The translations under genes were made by a program, and so were the position numbers. Positions 36,801 through 46,700 of a stretch of DNA of 64,000 nt are shown here, one piece after another. Below the pieces are notes generated by a model that was not told where the DNA came from, did no database searches, and saw only the letters and a program-made list of their open reading frames with translations. Origin of the DNA: Antedon mediterranea (taxonomy: Eukaryota > Animalia > Echinodermata); contig NC_092678.1 in assembly GCF_964355755.1 (NCBI RefSeq), positions 4,480,422 through 4,544,421 of the forward strand. The letters are read 5' to 3'. Position 1 is the stretch's first letter. Every line of letters starts with the position of its first letter.

Positions 36801-37392
36801 TTTTTTTTGTATCTCCATTGAGATCCAGCCACTGATACCCACAGCATTGGCATTTTGTATCTCCATTGAGATCCAGCCACTGATACCCACAGAATTGTCA
36901 TTTTGTATCTCCATTGAGATCCAGCCACTGATACCCACAGCATTGTCATTTTGTATCTCTATTGAGATCCAGCCACTGATACCCACAGCATTGTCATTTT
37001 GTATCTCTATTGAGATCCAGCCACTGATACCCACAGCATTGTCATTTTGTATCTCTATTGAGATCCAGCCACTGATACCCACAGCATTGTCATTTTGTAT
37101 CTCTATTGAGATCCAGCCACTGATACCCACAGCATTGTCATTTTTTCAGTTATTTGCCTTTGGATTTATATTATGTTCTTATGTTATAGAGTATATCACT
37201 GAGGCCCTGTTTGATAACCGCAATGTACACACTTTCAACGCAACAGGTCATCCAGCGCTATCCATTAACGCCAGCTTTATTGATGATCTTCCCGTAGGAA
37301 TGATGTTGGTTGGTAAGAAATTTGAAGAGAATAAGTTGTTAAAGGTTGCCTATGCGTTTGAAAAGCTGAGGGACAAGATTGCAGCACAGTAA
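30821..37392 (+). CDS. Amidase-signature family amidase resembling bacterial/archaeal aliphatic amidases, 10 coding exons, 513 aa
   Basis: Exons 30821-31053, 31392-31564, 31790-31929, 32117-32317, 32587-32661, 32870-33035, 33207-33269, 35046-35146, 35647-35833, 37190-37392. Lys-cisSer-Ser triad contexts [15 protein letters not shown] and [16 protein letters not shown]; also KSTCEDWC (CX3C) and [19 protein letters not shown] probable 5' UTR exon ends at ~30450. Confidence 0.92.
31074..31169. mobile_element. MITE family A, internally deleted copy
   Basis: TTA-AGCTCTGTCTACACTAT...ATAGTGTAGACAGAGCT-TTA. Confidence 0.8.
31955..32030. mobile_element. MITE family A, 5' half
   Basis: TAAAGCTCTGTCTACACTATCAAACTAGTTTGAC...GATGTGCCCAAACATGG. 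Confidence 0.75.
32695..32816. mobile_element. MITE family A copy
   Basis: GCTCTGTGTACACT...AAGTTTGATAGTGTAGACAGAGCTTTA. Confidence 0.8.
34702..34902. mobile_element. PIF/Harbinger-type MITE family D
   Basis: TAA-AGGGTCTTTCACACCTGTT...AACAGGTGTGAAAGACCCT-TAA; perfect 19-bp TIRs with TAA TSD. Confidence 0.85.
35238..35368. mobile_element. MITE family A, 5'-truncated copy
   Basis: GACAAAAAAATGTGATGTGCCC...AGTTTGATAGTGTAGACAGAGCTTAA. Confidence 0.75.
36674..37167 (+). mobile_element. Dispersed ~495-bp element (copy 1): hammerhead ribozyme plus 7x48-bp array; Penelope/retrozyme-like
   Basis: Colinear along its whole length with the reverse complement of 59602-60092. Array unit TTTTGTATCTC(C/T)ATTGAGATCCAGCCACTGATACCCACAGCATTGTCA. 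Confidence 0.8.
36714..36755 (+). ncRNA. Minimal type I hammerhead ribozyme motif
   Basis: ttGCA-CTGATGA-A-GGGC(tagtgtt)GCCC-GAAA-GCTC^TGCtaa: catalytic core, 4-bp stem II, palindromic AGCT helix III, predicted cleavage after C36749, and GCA/TGC stem I. Confidence 0.72.
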
Positions 37393-38137
37393 TAAAACAA
37401 AATTGAATGCATTAAAATTGTTTCAAGGTTTTTTTTAGCATGGCTGGACCACCAGTAAAGAATTTCACTTAATATAAAAGTGTAAAAATAACTTTATGGC
37501 AATAATTATCTTTAAATCAGTGTGATTATAAGCTATCAGGCAATTGTTGTTGAGCTATCAAGGATAGCAGCAAATTTACTGAAAGAGCTTGTGTAATATG
37601 GGAAGTAGTTGTAAAAGTCTATCATTAATAAAACAAAGGTAGGATTGGTTTTAGTCCATTACTTAAGGAAATTAAATTCCTTGATTGGCTTCTCCTACCG
37701 TTGTTCATAATACAGACATGCCAAGTACGAATTTGATAAGTACCTAACTGAAGGTTACAAGTGATTTATGTATTAATTACAGTTGAAAGAGCTAATGTAC
37801 AAAAAGTGTTTTTTTCTGAGCTTGTGTCATCAAAAGACATAACAAATGTTGCGTGATTATTAGTAATATCCATTGGTTTACGTCATCATGCAAGAATAGC
37901 AACCGGATTGGATTATAAATAAGGTACATGTTATCGACGAGATCAAGCTTTGATTCGAGCATCACGCTGAGGAAAGTGGAAGCTGGAAGTTACGCAACTA
38001 TTGCATATTATCATGGGCCTATAAAAACAGGAAAACAGAGAGATTGTCAATTCTGTTGTTTGTGTCTATCTGTACTTGATCATGTTTTAAGGCATCAACA
38101 GTTGAGCATTTTCTACAGAACTAAAACCTTTTTAAAG

Positions 38138-39046
38138 ATGGATGTTAATGATACGATCACAAGTGATGAAGATTTATCAGTTCTTCAAGAAATAAACCTG
38201 GTTCTTCAAGCTATCTTTTCATATTTCTCAATATTTGACAACGCTGTTATACTTCTAACTTTACTCTACATAAAACATTTTCACAACAAAAGATATGTAT
38301 TTCTGATGAGTTTGTCATTATCGGATTTTCTTACAGGAATTTTACTCGCTATGACAACACTTGCTCCATCACAACGCCTGATTCAGTGCGCTAACACAAC
38401 ATCAATTATTGCAACTTTGAGCATCCTTGGTTCAACTCTCGACCGTACGTTAGCGATCACCCGGCCGTTACATTACGACCGATTATCTTCGGTGCAACTC
38501 AATGTTTTCTTCTGCGTCATGATCTGGATTATGTCCGGTGTTCTTATTATCTGGATGCCAATGTATATATCTTTCGCCATCATTGGATTCATTGTAAGTC
38601 CTGTTTTAATATTTGGCATAGCAATAATCATCATAATTCTAAACATCGCCATATTGAAATCTCTCTCGAAATCATCCGCATTCATGACTGAGGAACGACG
38701 ATTAGAGAATGAAAAAGTTGCAAAACTTTTATTATTTTTAACTGCGACATTTGTCATCTGCTGGTCGCCGCTCTGTATCACATTTCCGCAAGCAGTGTTT
38801 TCTTCAGAAACCGAAATTCAAGCGGTGGATTCATTAACAATAGCTCAGGGTATCCCTATGACGTTGTTGACGCTTCAGGCAGGGTTGAACCCTTTGGTTT
38901 ATTGGTGGCGGCTACCAAGTTTTCATCTGGGTGTGACAGCGATCGTGGATGCTATTCAAAGGAAATTCCAGAAAATGTCTGTACGTGTGCAAGATACACC
39001 ATATCCAAGATTTGAAACTGGCAGTAGGATTGAACAATCTGCATAA
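38138..39046 (+). CDS. Intronless class A (rhodopsin-like) GPCR, orphan, ~302 aa
   Basis: Seven hydrophobic segments; N-glycosylation site NDT; TM1 N, TM2 SLSLSDFL, TM3 LDRT..I.RPLHY, TM6 FVICWSP and TM7 LNPLVY. ATG at 38138 is preferred over 37928. Confidence 0.88.
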   Translation: MDVNDTITSDEDLSVLQEINLVLQAIFSYFSIFDNAVILLTLLYIKHFHNKRYVFLMSLSLSDFLTGILLAMTTLAPSQRLIQCANTTSIIATLSILGSTLDRTLAITRPLHYDRLSSVQLNVFFCVMIWIMSGVLIIWMPMYISFAIIGFIVSPVLIFGIAIIIIILNIAILKSLSKSSAFMTEERRLENEKVAKLLLFLTATFVICWSPLCITFPQAVFSSETEIQAVDSLTIAQGIPMTLLTLQAGLNPLVYWWRLPSFHLGVTAIVDAIQRKFQKMSVRVQDTPYPRFETGSRIEQSA

Positions 39047-40761
39047 CCTATATAAAGACTTGTAAAACTGATACAGAACATAAGTTTGGGATAATGTACC
39101 AGTTCCTATAAAAAGTGCTTTATCAAAGAAGAGTTTTATTTTCTTTTAAATTGTAACGACACCTCTTATCCAGTTATGTGTAATTATCCTTATACTTATT
39201 GCAGTTTTTATAAAGCATTTTTCGGTCTTCATTATAGTTTTTGTCTTGTTTTCGGTTCCCGTGTTGTCATGTTTTCTTCTTTAGTTCTATGGGCTGCCTT
39301 ATACAAGCTTTGCTTTTTTGGAATTTTGCCCCTCTTATTTTAATCAGTTTACTGTTAATTTGTATTTATTATGAACTTATAAGAGAAATTAATGTTACTT
39401 TGATTGATTGATTGATTGATTCTTGTATGGTATACCTTCTATCAATTGTACATTTAATTAAACTAAGGTAGAACCCGTCCTTTAGGACACCTCTTCAGGG
39501 GACACTTTTCCATTAAACGAATGAGAGGAAATATATTATGTTTTAACACCACAGTCATCTCCTATTAAAAAGACACTTGGATTGTGAAGGTGACCCCATA
39601 ATACAGGTTCTACTGTAGTGAGTAGAAAAAATATTAATACTGATGATTTTGTTTTTATATTACTAAAAAGTATAAAAATAGAAAATATATTTTATTACCA
39701 TCATTAGAGAGGGTTTTATATTATATAATATATAGGTACTAAACAGTTTAGTGTTTGGTTCTCTGGACCTAATGTAACAAAGATACACTGTATTGTATCA
39801 TGTATATCTCTTGCAATGTTTTAAATGTATGTATAAATGTAAACACTTTTATTAAGAACATTTAGAATAAATTGTATGTAATTTTGTGATATTAGGAGAA
39901 AAAAATGCACATAACTTACTTGTTTTAATAGATTTGCATTAAATGCATAAGCTTCATATTATGTTTATTTGTGAAATCAACAACACAAAGATGAATCCAA
40001 CACTATTATTCAGCCTAAATAAATTACAGTTATATTTAAAAAAAATGTTTGTGTGCTGTGTTTTTTTTTAATGGTTTGTTAAATTAAAACAATATTTATA
40101 ATAACCAATAATTGAATTGCTGTTTCACTAATACCGCCTCCTTACACAATTTTCTTGCGCAATTTAAAATTATTTGCGCAAGAATCCTTTGTGTTTAATT
40201 TAAATAGTGATGATACACAATTTGGCCACGTCTGCGTTTCATACCTCGTTGATAAATTTTATAAACGGGGATAGGCCTAGGCCTATTTTTAGGTTTGTAT
40301 TTTATCCTAACTAGGCCTATAATTTGTGCATTTAAAGTAATTAATTTGTATGTGGACGTAGACCTACTATTAGGCTAAATGTTCTGACTGCAGTTATCAT
40401 TTTTTATCTTTTGTCTTGCTAGTTAATCTAGCAGGAAAGCTAGGCCTAGGTTAATAGGCCCTACCGATAGCGAAACGATTCTGCCCATAGCCTAGCCAGT
40501 CAGGGACGATTCGACCCAGGGACGTTTCGTACCTGGACGTTGTGGCCCATTTAGCATTAGGCCTATATATAAATACTCTTTGATGAGAAAAGTTGGATGC
40601 ACCGTTCTCATCACACCTGGGCTGAATGGTCCCTGGATCATCATATTTATTTATATTATTATTAATATCATTATTATTTATTTTTATTTTTTATACATTT
40701 TCAAACCTCTCTCAATCAATGGTGATTGTCTTTTTCAGTCGAGTGACTAATAAAGTTGAAG

Positions 40762-43700
40762 ATGGCCAACATGAAAGATTGCCTGCTGCAGTTTGCGCCA
40801 TTCAGTAGTGCTCTTGATACCGGCTTCTGGCACAAACTCAGTGAGAACAAACTAAACTTATACAGGCTTGATGACAAACCAAAAGAAATCACTGGATATT
40901 ATTATAATGGTAATAATACATTTGTAAAATTTGGGCTAATGATGTAGAATGATATTCGTCTGTCCTCTTAGATCTGGGAACAAACCACGTTTCGTCATAA
41001 AAACACATCTATTATCTCCTAAGAACTAATTCCTTGTTTGTGAATATATTAATTTGTTTATGTCATTTGCATTTACAGGTGATCCTAGTGGTATGCCAAG
41101 TAGATTGTGTTTAGAATATGATGCATTTGACAAGTAAGACTCTTGCTATTAACATTTTATTTAGGTATATGCAACTTGTATTTAATATAAAAGTAAGCCT
41201 TCAAGCCTTGCCTTTTGAGAATTATAGGTGTGCTACAAATTGCACTCCTCAACACATTCAGGGGTGCTGTATAGGTGTGCTGTTTGTATTTTGATGTGTA
41301 GAAGTTTACCAAATTTAAGCATGTTGTAAATTGCACTCCTCAATGGCAGTTTAGGAGTGTGTTAGCTGAGTGATCGCACTCGCTCATCTTAAAAGACCAG
41401 GCCTGAAGCCTTGCCTTAAAACAGACTAGGGATACATACAAATAACTTCATCTTTGTCATTCCTTTACAGAAGCAATGGCATACCACCACACTGTTTTCC
41501 GTCCAATGGTACTCTTTTCAACACCAATACAGTAGATGACTTTAAAAATTTAGATAAGAAAATCCTATTACAAGATGCTGCCCAGCAGGTAATGGGGAAT
41601 ATTCAATTTGCTATGATCTTGGAACTAAAATGTTATTACATCATGTATTCTAATGTATATTTGGTAATTTATCTATTTCTAATTTTTAATCTGTAATTTA
41701 TCTATTTTTAATCTGTAATATATCTATTTTTAATCTGTAATTTATCTATTTTTAATCTGTAATTTATCTATTTTTAATCTGTAATTTATCTATTTTTAAT
41801 CTGTAATTTATCTATTTTTAATCTGTAATATATCTATTTTTAATCTGTAATATATCTATTTTTAATCTGTAATTTATCTATTTTTAATCTGTAATTTATC
41901 TATTTTTAATCTGTAATTTATCTATTTTTAATCTGTAATTTATCTATTTTTAATCTGTAATATATCTATTTCTAACTTATAATTTTTAAACTGTAATTTA
42001 TCTATTTCTAATTCATTTATAGATGTGGGATGATATTGTGTCCGGAAGAGCTATCAGTGATCCACGATTGCTTTCCAAGTTTTTGTTATTAACCTATGCA
42101 GTAAGTAATGGTACAACATATTACTAGTTCTGTGAGGTTTCCAAATCTGCAATGTGTAACAAGTTAACCATGTAACATAGTATGTTTAGATAATGTTGAT
42201 ATTTATTCATTCAAGTCCACCATCTTACAGTCTGTCTACACTATCAAACTAGTTTGACAAAAAAAGTGTAATGTGCCCAAATATGGTAGTGATATGACAT
42301 CATGTCCATATATGGGCACATCACATGTTTTTGTCACATAAAGTTTGATAGTGTAGACAGAGTTTAATACACCGTCTATAGTTGTTGCGTGATTCTTAAT
42401 CAAGATTTCTTTGTTTTCCATTTGTTTTAAAATTTAGAATTTTTTTTATTTCAGGATCTTAAGAAGTACCAGTACTATTATTGGTTTGCTTTCCCCGCTA
42501 TTTGCCAGATTGAGGGTGCTAGATTGATAGGACAACCTGTGTTGTTGGACCAACATTGGGCGGAGTCAAAGGTAACTACAGTTTCAATAATCAAATTAGA
42601 AACTACAGTACGGCAACCTTGCTAACAACTATGTAAACGTTCCATTCCACAATAATACCATGTATTACCAATAAGGTCATAGTGAAATAAATGAAGAAAT
42701 ACAGTATGGAAGCCTCTGAAACAATAGTGCATGTTGGTGTCAAGACAATAAATATGTAATAATTCAAAACAGCACATCTTGTGGTAATTATTTGATCAGA
42801 AGAAAGCATTTATTAAACTAGTTTGACAAAAAAATATGATAGTGATGATGCTCAGATATGGTAGCAATATGACATCATCGTGTCCATATATGGACACATC
42901 ACATTTTTTTATCGCATAAAGTTTGATAGTGTAGACAGTGCTTTAGAATGTTTAATAAATCATAATATTTTGTTTAGGTGGATAGTTTCAAGAGTGCCTA
43001 TGATGCATTTAGTAAGGAGCATCCCGGTATTGGCTTTTTTATTATCAAGGAGTCAGACGATGGCTTCAGTCTTTCACCTCCAAAATGCTGGAAAGAATAT
43101 TTTAATAATCAAAAGAAGGTAACACTTTCAAATATTCTTTATTTCTACACATTTTCACAGGTAAAATTCATATAAAATCTTATAAGAAAGAGTATCCTAC
43201 AACAAGGCAGGATCTAAATGTATGACACGCAAACAAAACAAAAATACAGGAGATATTTTGCTAATGTTAATGATTGAAAGTGAAAAGTCATTTATTGTCT
43301 TTGAAAATCATAATAATTAAACATTCCATCCACTGTAACTTTTTTGTTAGGTTTCAATAGGCTTCTGTGATCCGTGTACTCTTGAGAGTAACCCAGGCTG
43401 GCCCTTGCGGAACTACTTAGCTCTTATATCGTATCACTGGTAAGAAAAAATATTCATATTGATTATTTTTAATTATGTTAAAAAATAAATAAAATAAATA
43501 AATAAATATAAATATACATAAAAATACATATACATAAATACATAAGTATCCATCAATGACAGCCTTGTGTCTCAGAAGAAGATGGCAACAAGAACAGTAA
43601 TAGTTGAGTCTCTGCTCTATCATAATCCCAGACATAGAGTGCTTAAAAAACATAAAGATGTTATGTAATGTTTAAGTTAAAGTTGTTTAAATATTTCTAT

Positions 43701-46700
43701 AGGGGCGACAGTTTAGATGAACTGGAAGTTGTGTGTTACCGTGATAGAACACGGGAAGGGAAGCGTAGCATTGGACACAGCGTTGTGCTTCGTATCAAAA
43801 TCACTTCAATGAAAGAACAAACAGGTGAATTTTATAACTGAATTGATAGGCAACACAAACTCTAAAGCTCTGTCTACACCATCAAACGTTATGTGACAAA
43901 AAAATGTATGTGCCCATATATGGACACGATGATGTCATATTGCTACCATATCTGAGCATCATCGCTACCGTATTTGGGCACATCACACTTTTTTGTCACA
44001 TTCACTTTGATGTGTTGACAGAGCTTAAGATTTATCCTTTTTCTGTCCTCCTGGAACAAACAATTCCGAATTCAAATTTTGAATGCTAGTTTTCATAGGA
44101 GTGTAAAATTTATTAGCAATAAACTTGTACATACAAAAACTTATGTAGTTAAGCCTTGCTTTATTTCAGTTTGTCCGAAATGCGTTGGTTGGGAGAAAAA
44201 TTCCAAGCAGAAGTTAGCTCCAAGGATGGTGAATTTAAGCTCCAGTATGGATCCTGCCAGGTCAGTACATTACTATACTGCCTCGTTATCGCCTTTTTAG
44301 GCTGTAGTAATTTTATTCCAAAATGATAAAATGTGATATTTTTGGTTGTTTTCACACAGACTGGCAGAATCATCGGTGGATCTTAACTTGAAGCTGATGC
44401 GATGGCGACTGATGCCCTCGCTTGACCTGGATAAAGTAGCACAGACACGATGCTTGTTGCTAGGTGCAGGTACCCTAGGCTGCAACGTAGCTAGAAACCT
44501 ACTGGTAAGAATTTAACAATAAAAGTTTAAAGTTTAATATCCATTTACAGCAAGTGCAGTTTCTAAAGTAAATCATTACTTATAATGGCATTTATGAAAT
44601 CCTGACAAGATTATTCAAAACTACTCTGTCTATTTCGTGCCTAGCTTACCTGGATAAACCAACATTAGCCACTTTCGCCGAAGAGAAAATACATTACAAA
44701 AAACAGTAGTATACATTAAAATATCACTTATTATTTTTGTTTGCAGGGATGGGGAGTTAGAAATATTACCCTGGTGGATAACTCTAGGATATCGTATTCG
44801 AATCCAGTACGCCAGAGTTTATTCGATTTTGAAGATTCACAGGCTGGTGGTAAACTGAAAGCAGAAACTGCAGCTGAAAAATTAAAGAAGATATTTCCAG
44901 GAGTTGTACGTGTTGTTACACCTCCTCCTCATTCAGACATCATGCTTTCCACAATTTGTTTAAGACATAAATATACAAATTAAATTTTGTTCTAACCGAC
45001 TAATCTGCCTTTCACATTTAATGTTACGCTACGCACTTTAAAGCAGTACATACTTTAAACCAGTACGTACTTTAAACCAGTATGTACTTTAAACCAGTAC
45101 GTTCTCTAAACCAGAACGTAATTTAAACCAGTACGCGCTTTAAACCAGTACGCACTTTAAACCAGTACGTACTTTATAAACCAGTAAGTACTTTAAACCA
45201 ATATGTACTTTAAAGCAGTACGTACTTTAAACCAGTACATACTTTAAACCAGTACGCACTTTAAACCAGTACGTACTTTAAACCAGTAAGTACTTTAAAC
45301 CAGTATGTACTTTAAAGCAGTACGTACTTTAAACCAGTACGCACTTTAAACCAGTACGTACTTTAAACCAGTACGTACTTTAAAGCAGTACATACTTTAG
45401 TACGCACTTTAAACCAGTACGTACTTTAAACCAGTACGTACTTTAAAGCAGTACGTACTTTAAAGCAGTACGCACTTTAAACCAGTACGCACTTTAAACC
45501 AGTACACACTTTAAACCAGTACACACTTTAAACCAGTACATACTTTAAACCAGTACGCACTTTAAACCAGTACGCACTTTAAACCAGTATGTACTTTAAA
45601 CCAGTATGTACCTTAAAGCAGTACGTACTTTAAACCAGTACATACTTTAAACCAGAACGTAATTTAAACCAGTACGCACTTTTAACCAGTACGCACTTTA
45701 AACCAGTACGTACTTTAAACCAGTTCATACTTTAAACCAGTACATACTTTAAACCAGTACATACTTTAAACCAGAACGTAATTTAAACCAGTACATACTT
45801 TAAACCAGTACATACTTTAAACCAGTACGTGCTTTAAACCAGTGCGTACTTTAAACCAGTGCGCACTTTAAACCAGTGCGCACTTTAAACCAGTACGCAC
45901 TTTAAACCAGTACATACTTTAAACCAGTACATACTTTAAACCAGTACATACTTTAAACCAGTACGCACTTTAAACCAGTACGCACTTTAAACCAGTACGC
46001 ACTTTAAACCAGTACGCACTTTAAACCAGTACGCACTTTAAACCAGTACGCACTTTAAACCAGTACGCACTTTAAACCAGTACGCACTTTAAACAAGTAC
46101 GCACTTTAAACCAGTACGCACTTTAAACCAATATGTACTTTAAAGCAGTACGCACTTTAAACCAGTACGCACTTTAAACCAATATGTACTTTAAAGCAGT
46201 ACGCACTTTAAACCAGTATGCACTTTAAACCAGTTCGCACTTTAAACCAGTACTCACTTTAAAGCAGTACGTACTTTAAAGCAGAACGCACTTTAAACCA
46301 GTACGCACTTTAAACCAGTACGCACTTTAAACCAGTACGCACTTTAAATCATTACGCACTTTAAACCAGTACATACTTTACACCAGTACATACTTTAAAC
46401 CAGTACGTACTTTAAGCCAGCACTCGGTCTTGATAATCATGTCGATACATCGTAATCTTTGGATATCAGTACATTACATTTTACATATTACATTAATGTT
46501 ATCTTTTAGAATGCTGTGGGACATGAATTCTCCATTCCAATGCCAGGACATCCTGTAGGAACTACTGGTGAATTTATTTTCTCAAATTAATTTTCTTAAA
46601 TGTAGTTTTTTTTTTTAATTTAAATATATTTACTGTATTTTTTTATTGCTATTTGTTAATTAAATTGATATATTTATTACATTTTTGACAGATGAAGCAG

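Noticed and set aside
36687-37189. ORFs [16 protein letters not shown] / [16 protein letters not shown] (also 59598-59981)
   Set aside because: Translations of the 48-bp array; the true last amidase exon starts at the acceptor before 37190.
37928-38137. 70-aa N-terminal extension of the GPCR
   Set aside because: No signal-peptide or domain character; TATA-like (~38019) and acceptor-like (~38118) signals lie within it, so ATG 38138 is preferred, though not proven.
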